NCBI GenBank assembly: GCA_973895155.1
Contig: OZ316898.1
Span: forward strand, 7,179,079-7,243,078
Source of the DNA: Marsupella aquatica
Taxonomy: Eukaryota > Plantae > Marchantiophyta
DNA: 64,000 bases
Direction: 5' to 3'
Shown here: one piece after another, positions 11,947 to 27,280 of the stretch
Numbering within the stretch: the stretch's first letter is position 1
How the letters are laid out: the number at the start of each line of letters is the position of its first letter
Position numbers and translations under genes: made by a program
Notes under the pieces: generated by a model
Databases searched by the model: none
Told to the model about the DNA's origin: nothing
Seen by the model: the letters and a program-made list of their open reading frames with translations, nothing else

Positions 11947-14165
11947 ATACGTCCCTTGCCCTATCGTCGTCATCTGTGACTGCCGTCGAAGTGTAATTCT
12001 GTGGACACTTTAATTGTATTGAATTACTAGAAAATTGTGGCAGTCTCAAAAGGCAGAATCTGGGAACAAGCCGACTGGAATGTATCATACCAACTTAGCG
12101 GTCTCAAAGAAGACCAAGCTATATTATTGTTTTGTAGAAGTATTGCAATTGCATATCGCAGATAATCATCAACTCGATTTCGCGAGGCAAGAAATATTCG
12201 AATCATGTACTCTCGAAATTGAAAATGCTGGTGATTATGGTTCCACAGTTAGAACCCAACTATAAGGGAGTGTCTTGGATGGTACAGTGATACATTGATC
12301 TGTTTCTGCTACCTTTTCCAATTGTTTCAGGCAGGTTTCCATGACATCTCGCAAGAAGACAGGATCCAGTTTTCAGGGGATAGTTTTGGTTTTTGCCCAC
12401 AGGCAGGAGGTGGGTGCAGCTATGCAAGTGAATAAGACTACAAAATTATAGCTTTCTAAGGACACGACAAGCGCCCAAGCTTTGCATCTAGTCACCCCTG
12501 AAAAAGGAAAGTACAATAAGGGTTAGGATGTGTGCTTAATACCCTACAAGGCAAACAACGAGGTTGGACTTGCAGTAAATCATTGCAGTGGATGTCGTTA
12601 CATTGGACTTCTGGTCAACCATGGCAAAAGAATTACCAAAAGTTAGGTGTTGGACGAGGGCGTCTCCAAGGTGGATGGGAAGTTGTGAATTAGCCCTTAG
12701 TACAGGTTTAGCAGTCTTGGATGTTATTGACATGAGCTTGAAACGAAGGAGTCTAAATGCACGTAGTTCAATGAGAGTCCAAACCTCTCTTGGTGCATAG
12801 TACCAGTTTCCAACTGACAGCAGAGATTTCTTCAGATTAGTGCTTTAAAAAGGATTTTGATAGTAGAAAATTAGTTCCAAGGTAGTTCGTCTGCCTCCTG
12901 GAAGCTTCGTAAATTTCACTTGCCCTGCATTTCAATCTCTTCCTTGTATTTTCAAATTATTCAAGTCTTATGGAACTTGAAATGTCATTTATTCAAAATT
13001 GTCATTCATTCAAAATCCACCCGCAGTACAGTAGTTTAAACTCGAACAACAAAGACTAGAAACATTTTAGGAAAAAGGTTGTAGTTGCCACATTGCCAAA
13101 ATTGAAACCTTGTGAGTACCCATAGACAAGCTAGTAGTACCTCAGGACGGAATCTGTGTAATGCACCTGGGATGGCAGTGCATCTATTGAAGAGAGGTGA
13201 GTGTTTCATGGTAGAAACGTTTACGCAAATGGCAAATTGCCTCTCATCACAACCCTCGGTCTACAAAGGGGCTTCAGTCTGTCCAGCCAAAGCTAGGCAT
13301 TGTCGAGTTCACTTGTAGATGGAAAGAACGATTTAACAATTAACGATACCAAAGGCACCCAAGGTCTGTATTGTACTTGTCCAATTTTGGAGATCATGAA
13401 TAGCACATAGAAGAGTCGCACCAAGATACTGTAGCAAAAGTTGCTCTATGCGGTACTCAATGTCTGCATAGTACGCAACCGGAAGTCTCATGTCTATCTA
13501 CTTTTAACATCCCAGGACACTTTCGCTCCTTGACGGAGGGCTGGCCTTATCAACCAAGTGCTTCGTTGGTGAAGAACGCATACTATTTAATCTGACAAGG
13601 CTTGCACCTATTCCTAATAGAAAATTGGAATCACATAATTGCAATAGTTGATTAGCGTGGGTAGTCTGGAATTGAGCAAGATGGACATCAGTGCCTCAAC
13701 AGCACAGGATCAGAACACCAATCTCATGTCAACAGGATCCAGCCATTGATATGAAAGAATGATTAAGTTACCACATGATATTGACATCGGTAGTGATGTA
13801 CCAAATTTTTAACTTCACCAACCCGTGACAAGAAGCCTCACGACAGATGGAGGACAGATGCCACGCAAGAATATAGAAGCGGATTCATGGCCTAGACAAG
13901 GAATAGTACAATCTGCTCGGGATTATAAAAATGGTATGTACAACAAATACTGTAGCTCTGAAAATTGCTGAGGATGTCATCAGAGGACTGCACTGTAAAT
14001 CCGAAATAGTGATACTACTCTTGCTCATCTGATCATTATCCAGCATCATAGCTCACTAGGGAACTAATGACAGCTTGACTACAAAAGAATGAATGATTAT
14101 GCTGGATATTTACAAATTGAATTTAGGACCTTGGGATCATTCGATGACCTATATTTGTCTATCAT

Positions 14166-17100
14166 TTAGGCTTTTGACTCGACCACCACCTTCCCCAATT
14201 CTTTCTTATTCACCTGGAAAGAAAAGATAACAAAAGACAGGAGATCAATAACAAGTAACTCATAATATCCAACAAGCTAAATGCTGGAGTTTCAATTACT
14301 TGAATTGTATTTGACTACACAGAATGGTAATGTTTACCTTGCCCATGGCGTTTCGAGGCATGCTCTCCCAAATCAGCAGTTCTTGAGGGATCTGCACAAA
14401 CTCGAAATTTTCGGTTCTGTAAGCGTAACAATTGAGACAAATGCTCCTCTGCAATTTGCATAAATTCGAATTGTTGTACTTGCTCGACAATGTTAAGCCC
14501 AAGAGCAAGTCCACTAAGGATGGAAAAGAGAGCAATGACAATAGTGTACACAATCGACCTTATATGGTGCCATTCTTCCTTTTGCCCATTTGGTAAGGTC
14601 CGCCAATGTGAGGACATGTTCCCCTTTCTTAGCTGCTTCTGCTGCTAGCTGCTCATGTGCTACTATCACTACACACATGACCTCACCATACTCTTTGTCT
14701 GGTAAGCCAAGAACTGCACACTCGGCTATAACTGGATGCTGCAACAGTTTCAAATTTGTAGTTCGTTTGTTAGAGTGTTGGATCTAGGCACCCAAAAAAT
14801 GTTGAAAGTCAATAACCTACAACATTGTTATTATTGGGCAATCTGGAAGCTAACGAAGCGGCTCGAAGAGTCTGAGTAGGTGTTTCATTTCACAATCTTC
14901 AAGGGATCAAAGTGCACACGAACCTCCAGTAAAACGGCTTCAATTTCAAGAGCAGAGAGCTTGTAACCACCAACTTTGATAATATCCACACTAGTTCCTG
15001 CGTTACAAAATGAAGGTTAGAGATTATGCGCGACTCTCTCCAAGAAAACAAACTAAGTAGCCAGTACTATGTCAGTTCACTCAAAAAGTACATTGCATTC
15101 TTTCTACTCGAAAATCTGCAACTCAGTGGGAGTTTGCCAGACTTGTCGAAACTCATCCAGAGCCAAGGTTAGGAGTATATGATACTTACTGCCGAGGATC
15201 TTGACGTATCCATTGTTTATGGTAACTGTATCTCCTGTTTTGAAATATCCATCTTCTGTGAAACTCACCGCCGTCACCTAAGCAAAGGCGACAGCCACTG
15301 AAGGAAATTAGCACTAGTTCTCACGGGAAAGCCCCAGACTCGAATCGGACATTTGAGCTTTCTGGAAAAATTGAGAACACAGAACTTGATTGCAGGACAA
15401 AAACTCCTTAAATTAAGAATTCACTACTTCCGTCATGCAAAAGAATAAGCTGGGCAATTTGCAAACCTTAGGCTGACGCCAGTATTCTCTAAATAACGAG
15501 GGACTCTTGAGCAGGAGCTCCCCAACCCCTGCTTCTGCAGACTGGTCTTCTCCAATCTTTATCTGCAAAGGTTGACATATAAGAACAAAGAAAATTCTAT
15601 CTGCGAAAAGGCCAAGTGCAAAAAGTAATACAAGAAAGAGAAATGCGTATTGCTGTTCACATCTGACCATGTTTCAGCGATCTTGGCCAATTACAGTCAT
15701 TTTATGTGGCATGAATAGCAAAGCTAGACCATGGTAATTGTAAGGGAGGAAAATCTCACAGCAAGGAAACCCCCCGAATCCCAGTAGACCTTTTCAGAAA
15801 GTGCTGTGGGCTTTACCTCTACGCCTGGAAATGGCTGTCCAACATATCCAGGTTTCCTCTCGCCGTGCAGAGGATTTGTCAATCCCATTCCAAACTGGAA
15901 ACAAAAAACTTAATATTTCAGCAACAGGCTCTACTTGCATGCAAACAATTTGTCATAAAACAAACCAGGATTTGATTGTTAAATCGTTCGTCTGACGGCC
16001 ATACAATGATTTCTAAAGTGAGTTGCATTGCCATTGGCGTACATGAATAATTCATGAGAATTTTGCGGGAGAAGTGACAATTTGGAAAACAAGGCCCTGA
16101 TTGCAAACGAACCAGGTTATAAAATACAGAACCCACACATTTATCAAAGACGCTCCAATGCAATATAAGTATGCATACTATATAGTTGGCTGAGCTAGTG
16201 GGATTTCTACCTCTGTCATGCCATATCTTTCGAGCAAGCGATGCCCAGTAAGAGTCTCCCACTTTTCCATGACAGGTTGAGGAAGAGCTGAAGAGCCACA
16301 CATCTGTTTGAAAAATTCATGACACAATGTTGTCAACCTTCTTCCAGTTGAGATGTAAAGCAAAAAAGAGAGATACTACTTACGGAATAGTCCCGTCTAT
16401 TGATGAAAAATGACTACTGGTGCATAAGTAGTCACACACTGCGTATTCAGACCGGTATCAACTTTGTTTGGGGAATGGTGAGAAAAACTCACCATTAGAC
16501 GAAGTTGCTTTGCTGCATATGTTGATGTCTTCTTAGTCTCATCGTCCATATTGTCATAGCCTTGCAGCAATCTTACATAAACAGTTGGAACCTGGCTTAC
16601 ATTTCCGAGTGCCAAGTAAGTTAATCCTTCTGTCCATCGTTGATTGCAAGGAAATGATATGTTGAACCTTGCCACCCACGCAGGTCCGACTAGGGATGTC
16701 CATCCAAGCAGTTATTCCCAAAAAGTCAGAACAGGATAATCAGAGCTGCTATTTGGATCTGGCAAGACCAGATGTGAGGCATCTACTCACCCCAGTAAAA
16801 GCAGTGATAGGGCTCTTTGCAACTTCTCCACCAAGTGGGTAAGAATTTTTGAACCGTTGCCACACACCACTGACACTGAACTTAGGAAGGAAGTCAACCG
16901 CGGCCCCAGCATAAAGAGGTGCCAGAAGACAATTGATCAATCCATGAACATGGTGTAGAGGCAAGACGTGTAGAAACCGATCACTTGATGTGTATTCCCA
17001 GGTATCTGCCAGCATTTTCACCTAAATTGCCAAGCAACTTCATCAGTGATCTTTACAAGCGCAGGGCGATATTCCCTACAACGTGAACAGCACTGGCTTC

Positions 17101-20100
17101 ATAAACAGCACAACCTTGAAACTGAGGCCACAATCTATTTAAAACTCATGATCTTAAACAGGACAGTGTCCTCCACCTGTGCTCCAAGTCCTTTCTGAGT
17201 GTGAACCACGCCTTTGGGCCTCCCCGTTGTGCCACTTGTATATATAATCAAGGCTCCCTCATCACCTTCAATAGAGAAATCGGAAACAACAAACTTCAAC
17301 TATCATGTACTTAAGTTCACGCACCTAGATACTGTAATGGATTTTACAAAAGTTAAATAAACACACTTCTCATTAAAAGAATGCTCCAAGCACCTGAATT
17401 CCATGAGCACGCCCATCTTTACAACCCCATTAATCTCGACACAATTTCCAATATTGGCAGACTTCTTTACAAGGGAGCTTGAATCAGTCAACCAAGAAGA
17501 TGGCAGGGAGTAGTACCGGACAACCCAAAAACAAGAGAGGAACTGCCTCTCATTCTACGAAGTATGGCATAAGTTTTATCAAAGTAGATCATAAGAAGGT
17601 AGCGAGCGACAAATTCAGCACACAAGTCTGTCGCAAGATCCAGAAATAATGCCAGTGAACGCAAGATCCAGAAATAATGCCAGTGAAAAGAACTAGTACG
17701 GGGACCAAATGACTAAAGAATGTCAATGGCTTCGCACATGCGAATTAGAACAAGTAACGCGATTCACCATGGAAGGCGCACAATAAACACAACAAAGCAA
17801 TCAACTGAATACTTAGGATCACTAAACAAAATCAATGGGGCACGATACAACTGAGAAAAAGGATTCTATGAAGAACTTAGATGGAGGTGGAACAGAAGCG
17901 GTGGAAAGTGAAACCTGGTGGGATGATGGACCGGAGGTAATTAGAAGTTTTAATTTTAGTGATGAAAGTACGCGTGATATCACGGAGAAACATTCTGTCG
18001 GTTCAGCAGGTGATACTGGTGAGTGAGCTCCTAGAAGCTTCATGACAGGAATTATTGATTCACAAGATGCTCTATGTGAGTTGAGCTCCACATTTATCCT
18101 GGGCTTAGAGGTACCGCCTAGACGACATTTCATGAGCCGACAAAGATGGCCGTGTGACTTTGAAACATACTGATGCTCACGACCAATAGTGATCAAACCA
18201 TGAAGGCTGGGTCGATGATTCCACAGGAGAAAACATTTTATTGAAAAACCATGTAGTTTACCTGAATGTAAAGCCGCTCTCTTCTCAACTTCTGCCAAAA
18301 TGTTATCAACGCTTTCAGTCTCTGTTGCAATACCTCCAACCTGCCCCACTGGTGGTAGAAAAAAGAGCTTGGCAGGGGTCTTTTTGACGACCTTTTCTAA
18401 AAGCCCTCGGAACTCCTCAGTTGCAACCACAATCGAAATGTCCTGCAGTCATGTCCGTTTTACACCCAGTACGTCAAAATGAGGATGTCCATCCAGTTTA
18501 AGAGGCCTACGGAACGTGCCAATACCCGTCACCCATTCTAGCTCCTATTGATTATGGAGAAACTTTGTGCGGACGGGCAGTGTCTAAGGGAAACGGTGAG
18601 CTAGAAATGTTTCGAAAATTCAAGGACACTTCTCACAAAACAATAATGAATTCCGTGTAGACCTAATACTATGAATTCTCTCAATTATGGACTAGGCCCT
18701 AGGAAACAGTGAACACTGAACCCTCCCTCACCGTCGAAAGAATGACACTGGAAAGGAAACGAATTACCGCATCTGTCATGACGTGATGAATCTCGGTCTC
18801 TGGGTAGCTGAGGGCAATAGGGACAGCGATAGCCCCATTCAACCAAGTGGCCCAGAGAGAAGCCACAAACTCAGCGCAAGGCTTACCCATGATCCCAATA
18901 CGAGGACCATCCACAATCTTGCCGTCCTCGTGGCTGCCATTCAATTCCTACAAAACATGCGTCTAAGTATGTAAACACAACGACTTCAAACAACAAACGG
19001 AGAGTATCCTACTGACGCAGGAAAAACATTCAGACAATAATTACTAGAATCTGTTTACTCAAACTTGAGCCGACGTGTTCCTTCAAATTACTTAATCTTG
19101 GTGTGATTTCCTCTCCAGCCTGGAATGTTGATCATCATGCGTGTAGTGCTGTCCCAGGACTAGTCAAATTTGGACTACAAGAGGATACCTTCCCATCTGC
19201 CAGCTCCTTTTCCAGTACAGAAGAGAGCGCAAACGCGGAGCGAAGCACTTGTGCATACGAGTACTCCTTGTCAACAGTCGTCACTGCAATTTTATCAAGT
19301 GCAGCTCCCTGTAATTTCAAAGCGACTTTCACTACCTCCATCTTGGATGACGAGTAATGACCAGCTTCACAATCTGCACGCACTCGATGAAGAGCAAGCA
19401 CAACGATCATAAAAACCAGAGGACAGTACACATCTCTAGACTGCCCGACTGACCAAAATGGAACAACAGCCAACGAACCACGGGGGAGAAGCTCAAAAAC
19501 TAAACTGTCAATCTAAGTCACCCAAGCTCTTGACTTCAATTCAACAACCAGCTCCGCACGAGAGTCGAAACGAAACCATGACTACATTGAGGAAAGAAGT
19601 ACCACATTTCACACTACAGATCGAGACAGACATATTGCTCTGTCCGTCGTGTCTGCCCCTTGTCCGGTTTCTAATCAAATTCCGAAGAGACAGACAAGGG
19701 CTCCCAAAAACTATGGAGGCAGATGATAACTATCACTAGCAAGGCCACATAACGAGGGACAAAATTAAGAGCGATTTGCAGACGAAGTGACAGTCACACA
19801 GTAGTAAACCTCACGGACACATGTAAATGCTGTGGGCCGCACGAGAAGGGTTGATGGAAATGAGATCTGAATGATTCGTTTCGCAGCAGAGAGACAGGCT
19901 CTGTGCCTTTGCTCTGGGGCTAGAGATCGATTGAATATTTCCAAGAGGACAGAGAGAGGTACCGGCGAGGACGCAACGCCACTTCAAGCTTGCGGATTTG
20001 GGAAGAGAATTAGTGATCGACTTCTGTTGATATCTGTGTTGGTGAGCTGGTGCTAGTCTCGTCTCATCAGCGAGTCCGTAAGATGCCCAGCTGGTGGAGA

Positions 20101-20320
20101 AAGTCCGAATGCGTCGAAGAGGAAGAGGAGGTGGAGGCGCAGCAGAGTGACCCGCAAATGGAAAAGCCACGTAGAGACCTCTAAAACAGATGGGGAAGGA
20201 AGGGAATTCCGGTCGTGCTCTGCCTCCACGGACCAGCATGTGCGAAAGAGGCGGAGAAGAGCGGAAGAAGACGAAGGTGGAGCAGGTGGAGGAGGGGCTT
20301 GAACGACAGAGTAAACGCAT
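14166..20320 (-). CDS. AAE13: Malonyl-CoA synthetase / malonate-CoA ligase (AAE13/ACSF3-like); 15 exons with N-terminal presequence
   Basis: Exons 20320-19963, 19373-19189, 18947-18768, 18442-18262, 17265-17177, 17021-16791, 16591-16493, 16303-16211, 15894-15817, 15562-15467, 15277-15190, 14997-14924, 14738-14559, 14391-14338, 14213-14166. Motifs: AMP-binding [55 protein letters not shown]. Confidence 0.93.
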
Positions 20321-23300
20321 GACTAGGAAGATCCAGTTGGAAAGAGCCCACTTTAAATAAATCTCTCCAAGTAGTCAGTCCCCGTCGTTAGCGCATGCTC
20401 TGACTGACTCCCTGACCGCCATGATTTCGTGAAGCTCTTCTGCAACACCCCAAGAGCAGATGGGCGGAGCACAGATGCTGATTGTTGACCCACGAGGTAT
20501 ACGCCCCCAGTCTCCCACCGCATGCCAACAAGACAGACAGCTCCAACCAATTCCTTTCCCAAGCTCCTTTCCAAGCTCCTTTCCAAGCTATGCTACAGTT
20601 CTCTCTGGGGCTACAACAAATTATTTTCGAGACAACCAGCAGAGACCAGGCCAACCCACAATAGTACCCAGCAGCCCCACCACCACATCAAGATTACGGA
20701 GCTTTACGAAATGTACCTTGATTCTCTCACAGACAATCTAAACACTCTCACCGTACGTCAGTAACCATCAGTGATCAGTGGGCGTGTCAATCAGTCAATG
20801 TGCAGAGTTATAAATTCTCGAAAAGCTTTGTCATCTGGATTGGATTGCCAACACTTTCCATGGCTGACTCACCGCAGCAGAGATTAGGAGGAGCATTACC
20901 TTGATTCTGGAAGACAATCCGACAGCAGCACAGGTCTGTCACGAGCTGGGCTGATCAATGGAAGAGTGCAAAGCTGGTAAACTAATCGTTTTCATCGTGA
21001 TCGAGAATCATTCTGAAGCTGGGGTCAATGGTGCATTGACCTGTATGGGCAGAGTCCTGCTTTGCAACTTTTAACGAGTTGGGTTGAATTGATAGGGTAC
21101 TGTAGTTCGTATGGATCTAGTCCATGCACGAGAGGAGGCTGGGGTGCTACTAAAGCAATTAATTAATCCACCCATGCCTCGTCAGTCATCACGGTACAGG
21201 CAAGAGAGGAAGATGAAGGTTATCCTGCCATTGACTCTAAGGGCCTGACTCTAAGAGCCGTCATACATGTGCAAAGTCCCAGACAAATAGCCCTTACCAG
21301 CCCACAAATGTAGGTAATATATTGTTGTATTTGCACACATTAGCACACTCAGGACTACATGTGCAAAGATTGTTTTGTTTCATGTAAAATTCAAAGGTAA
21401 GGACCCAAAGGGCCACAAACAAACATTGCGGCCCTTGCCCTTGAAAGTACTCAACTATTGCTGTGAGGACTTGCTCACTGTTCAGGTGGCCATTTTTAAT
21501 TTTTTTTATTTTTAAGGGAAATCTGTGAAATCCCACAAAAAGAGAAGAGTCAGCCACAATAGTTTGACCCAAGATCTATTAGTCTCTATTCAAATGACCT
21601 ACCACAAAGTCATGTCTCTGTGGGCAAAGAGCCATTTTTGTATGCGACCCTTCAATTTGTTGAGCATAGATGACAATCGTAACGGTAAGCACATGACACA
21701 TCCAACGCGCAAGTAATCAACACAAGAGATATGTAATTCACCTCCTCGAGGCTACGTCCATGGGAACACACAAGAGAGTTTTACTGAACTCTACGCCCAT
21801 CGGCTATACCAAGTCTCTACAATGTAAGCTCTCCTCATCTCTTAAATGACTCCATAACAATGAGCCTAAGTTCCACTTATCCAAACAAACACCGCTTAGC
21901 ATATAGTGTGCATCCTAGTTAACCTAACCACGTCTCCGACTATGTTTAACCTAACTACGGTTACATGTCATAACCCTAGACCTTGAGTAAATACCTAACA
22001 CAATTTGCAGCCCTAAGGGCCATGCATGTGGAGAGCCCTTGAGTTTCCCACCCTGAATTGAACACCTAGCATGTGAACATTGAGTGAGATTTGTATGTCT
22101 CAACCTCCTCCTTAGGCAGGCTTGACAACATGCAAAGTGGAGAACCGAGGGCAGGCCTGGACCTTGAGGTCCCAAACCTTAAAACTGGAATAAAACAAAG
22201 TGTCCCACCTAGTGGGTAAGCAAATAGTGTGGAGATTTGGATATGCTGTTTACCAATACCTTTAGGAGTGCTAAAGGCCGGAAACTTGTGAGATGATACA
22301 TGCAAGACGGCCCTGAACAAATATGCTGGCAGCGTGTTATTTAACAAGAAAATCATGTTTGAAACGCTTCTTCTGCCAGGCTCAACTACTGTTGGAATGG
22401 AAAACTGAGGCGAAGGTCTGCGACAATCCGGCCCTTGCAACCCCGGCCTTTGAAAAATGAAAACAACAGGATCCTCTGATGGTGCAATTGAGGGAGATGT
22501 TTTAAGGCCAGCTAATTTTTGAGCACCATAGACAAAAATTACCTTTGGCACCATAGACCAATAACGATGTTGGTCTATCGCTTTGCCTGTATTGCACTTT
22601 TGGGTGTACGTATTGTACTGTACTGCGCTCTGACCATGGTGAGGTATGCTGTCTCTTGTGTGAACGTGTTGACTGCGTTCATGAATGGACTTTTATTAGG
22701 GACCCCACTTGGACGGATCAGGGTGGTCGTTGGTCTTGCTTTTCTTGAGAGGACCAAGCGACCACTTGACTGATTTCACATCCAGACAACCAACAAGTAT
22801 ATAGTAACGATCCTTTTTTAGTGCCAAAAATAGGTGACCAACTGATATCACCTCGTGACAAGCAACAAGTATATATTAACCAGACTTTTTTTAGTGACAA
22901 AAACTAGCGAAGTTCAACCTCAGTGAAAAGCCTCTCACTTTGATGAAAATTAGAAAGGTTTGTTTTCTTCGATGAACCAGATTCTCACCTAGTCGGACAC
23001 CCCCCAACAACCAGAATAGGTATCCATAGTGTATGAAAAATCAATTTAATATAACTTGAATACAAGAATAAACAACATATTCTAACAAAGGATAGGCAAG
23101 ATCAAAAAATAAATATAGACCTAAAGTGGGGGTCTCAAAACAAGAAAAATAAAAACATTAATAGGGGGTAAAAATATTTCCAAAGTCCCACAAATACAAA
23201 GGATACCCCTTGTCTAAAATAAATTGAAAGAACATAACATATCTAATATCTCAATAAGAAAAAGTAACTTGAGTAGGCTCCCAAACAAGGTAACACCTGA

Positions 23301-26300
23301 TCACCCATGTTTTGAACATATATAGAGATGAAGACCAAACAAAATATTGCAAAAAAAGAAATCAATTCTATGTTGTTACCTGTTCAACTTTGCTCCCATC
23401 CCTGTTTCCTGTCCACCATCACTTTCAGATTTGTATTGATTTAGAGTCACCGTCAGTTTTTTTTCTCTATTGAGAGTTAGGGTCTACAGGCTTCACTCTA
23501 GTCCGTAGCACTGAAAAATAGCATTGCATAGTGCATTATTAGTCAGATTTCATGCAAGTTGAGATTTTACTTTTTCAACCCAAGACAGGTAAAGGGCAAA
23601 TCTCAAAATGCTCTAGTTTCCACAGCCTATGATGGACAGCCCCCTTAATTGGTTTTTCCCCTAGCCTCCTTCTCTCAGGCGGAGATCATTATGGTTTTGG
23701 TTTCATGGAAGAAAGTAGTACCATTTAAAATAAAATAAATTTGGAGCACATATGGAGGTGATCTAAAATCAGCACTCCACATCAACATTTCATTGGGCCC
23801 ACTCCATGCCATTTAGGATCAATAGAGACCATACTTGAATGGGGCCCCAAATTCTGATAAATCAAACTGCAGCCATTAGGGTCCAATAGACACTTTCGTC
23901 CCCAATGGATTATTGTAACGCTCAAATGTAAATTTACTGGGTGTTTGGGTCATTGGAACTGGATATGAGACATAGTATAGTGCATTGATTGTATATGCAT
24001 GATTCATTCTTGGGTTGTCCGAGAACTAATGATTACTATCCAAACAATGACTATTTGAGAAGATAAAAACAAAACCAGTAAACATTGGGCTCTCTCATCA
24101 AACCAATCAAGACTTTAGCCCGGACTTTAGCAAACCACAACATGATGAGAGAGAAGGGAAAATAATTTGGAAAAAAATGGGTTGTGATTGGAGCAAGGAG
24201 AAAGGTGTCACACCATTCTAAGTAGTATTAACATATATTGTGTGTCCAGGTTTATATATTTTGTATGTGTGCTATATGAGTTGATAAGGTTAATTTCATG
24301 TTTGTGATGATAGTTATCCATTTGTTATGGTTCAATGGTCTCACTTCTTCGATGTTGAGCCTTTGAGCATGAGCTCTGGCAGCTATGGTGTGGCCAGTTT
24401 TGTGCATACGTAAGGTGGATTCCTCTAAGCACAAGGTGCAATTGGCTCGATATGTGATCATTTTGGATAGGGTCAGATGTTTGATTGACGTCAATCATTT
24501 GTGTTAAGATTATTGTGGGTTTTGGACATGTCTCGACATGAGTTCCACTTGTATTTCATTCTCTTGTGTTTGTGTTATTGGATTGATTGTGCTTATGTTT
24601 GAATGTGTGTGACAAAGCGATGTATATTGTGTAGCAATGTGTATGCGCACCACAAAGAAAAGGACATGGGTGGGTGGGAGCTCAGCGGTGGGGCAAGTAG
24701 GGACTAAGGAAATTTGGGGTTGCAACTTTAACAGGCAGGAGCAATCCCAAGAGCAATGCACTAGCTAGAATGTTCCTATCTTTTCCTGATTGGCATACTG
24801 GCTGCAAGCCTCGCCTCAACTCTTTTCTTGTACCTCTTGCTATAACTCCTTGTCCACCTTCCCCACCAACAAAACCATCTTCCTCACAACCAATAGTTTT
24901 GATGGACCATCTTTTGCACCACATGTATAATTTTGCATTCACAACATAGGTGGGCCATTACATCAATTATGGTCTACGTTTTCTTGATATGTGTGCAACT
25001 TTTGCCTCTCCCTTGAACCTGACTCTTTGCTTCTCTTTGCACTCTCATCCCCGCCTCGTAACTTTTGACTCTCCCACCCTACCCACAACCTATGCATTTA
25101 TTTATCTTCTATAATTATTTTAACACTTTTGCTTTAACCATACCTTCCACATTGACAACACTTTCCCCTCAACTCACTTAAGTGTTCTATCACTCTTATC
25201 TGCGAACACTTTTGCTTGACATCATGACCATATCAACAACACTTTAGCAAAGATAACATCCTTGGGAGGTACATCATTCATCAGATAATTAGAATCACAT
25301 GCAAGCCAATCGAGGCTATTGATAGTCCTATTGAATAAATAAATTATAAGCACAAATCTTAATGAAGGCGATAATCAATTTCTTCACACATCTTAGACCA
25401 AGAGGATGTAGATTGTGAACTGTCTATTATTTTTAATTTTGTATAGAAGGGCATTCCTGAGAATGCTTAGGACACATGTCACTATCTGAGTGGTCCATGT
25501 GGCATCCTTAACATATAGATATAAGTCTCCAGGGTATTCATGGGAGAGTAACAGATACACCATGACCCCATACTTGTCCCTCATTGACAAGTATTGTTGG
25601 CAGATGTACCTTCATCAGGTGTACAAATGTCATTGCTTGCACTTATCCTCCCATGGGAGACTCACTAATAAGTAGAACACAAACCCCTAGATTGTACTCA
25701 AGATTCTCTTACACATATGTACACCACTAAAGGAGAATGAGAAGGGAGTTAAGGTGGTTTTTGCATCATCCCATGGTGACTAAAATCTATTTTGTTTAAT
25801 CGAAGGCTAGGATTTTATGGTTTTCATAAGCAAACGAAGGAGGAAATGTGACGAGACTCCACATTATAGATGTAAAGATGAAGTTACACTTTTAAGTAAG
25901 ACCCTTCAAGTGAGAATATCTCATGATTGGTCTACATGTGATTAGAGTGCAGTACATTTGCTGTTGCATACAGTGACACAATTTCAAAGACTTTTTAAGA
26001 AAAGAACTATTTTGAGAATAGATGAAAGAACTCTACAAGCTACAAAAATTTTTGCAAGTCAATGAAATTTCCAAGTGTGGTTGTTGCATGCCGATGACAA
26101 TTGTTGTGGAACAACGACAATTATGGTGTTCAAATGACATTGCAAACGACACGGAAATTGATTTGCAGTAAAGAAGTGGATCATTTTTGCACGTGGTGGC
26201 AACCACTAAATTGTGTTGTGGAGATGCAAAAGATTGGACTATACAACAATTCTCCGTCTGTTCCTGCCCACCAACACACGAGATATACCCATTCCTGGAA

Positions 26301-27280
26301 GGGAAGTATGGCACCGAGGGCTGCATCCATTGTGCTGTGTATGTTCAGTCTTGATGGGCTTGGAAAATTAGCACATCTTCATCATGATGTAACAATTTGG
26401 GGTCTGTACTTCGACGCCCATTTGGTAGTATCCTGGGCCTGTACCATGGTCTGTGGCCCTGTAGTCCTCACAAAGCAGTTTTAAGTTTGCCTACTCAATG
26501 CAAAGAAGAGCTTGGAGGAAATGAGATCAAGATTGGACCATATCTTGACAAGAACGGATACAAGCTTACCTACTGAAACAGAAACCCCCAGAAAAGGGTA
26601 AAAACACTGTACTTTAAAATCTGCTAGCCCCGCTTAGTGAGAGACTTAAAGGAGAAATTGGGTATTGTGAGCACAGGCAGGGAGCAGACTCAGATGGCAT
26701 CCGGGGAATTTGGTACTGGGTAGTGCTGGAGATATCTGGTGGTGCTGAAGTGAAATTGAGGTTCAATCTACAAAGCTGACCACAGATTGCGCATTAAGAC
26801 GTCAATATTCCTGAAAGTCACTGATGATGAAGTGAAACTAGGAAAGTATACCCATCACAAATTTGCATTGAGGCATGCAGATATTGATGATGTGCAACCC
26901 CTTTAGACCTGTGCATACGTTGGTAACGACAGATGTGAAGAATTCGCGGATGGAAACAACACTAATATCAATACATCCCAAAATCTGTGTATCACACTTA
27001 GAGAAGGGTCACTTCTTTACATCATCCTGCTGAACGTCGGCCCTCCAATTCTCTCCATATCTTTGCTTGTGAAGCTTCGGCAGTAAAGTAAATCCTAATG
27101 GTTAAGAGGGAGCAGAACAAAAAAAATCTTAACCTGAGATATTAACAATGTAGCAAGTCTCTTGCCAAGTGTGCTTCATTCTCCCCACACTCCTCACAAT
27201 GCATGTAACATTCCCTTACGGAGAGTGCCCACCATCATCTGCTGGTATCTTCCGAAGTTTGGTCTTCTCGGAAACTGTCT

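Noticed and set aside
12536-12800. Overlapping 65- and 70-aa ORFs between ARD and AAE13
   Set aside because: No identifiable homology; length consistent with chance.
17822-18261. Read-through ORF into an AAE13 intron and an antisense acidic 63-aa ORF (17835-18026)
   Set aside because: A canonical donor at 18262 gives a complete enzyme; neither extension resembles a known domain.
21200-26500. Possible LTR or DNA-transposon remnants in AT-rich intergenic DNA
   Set aside because: No paired LTRs, TIRs, TSDs or recognisable transposase/RT motifs could be established by eye.
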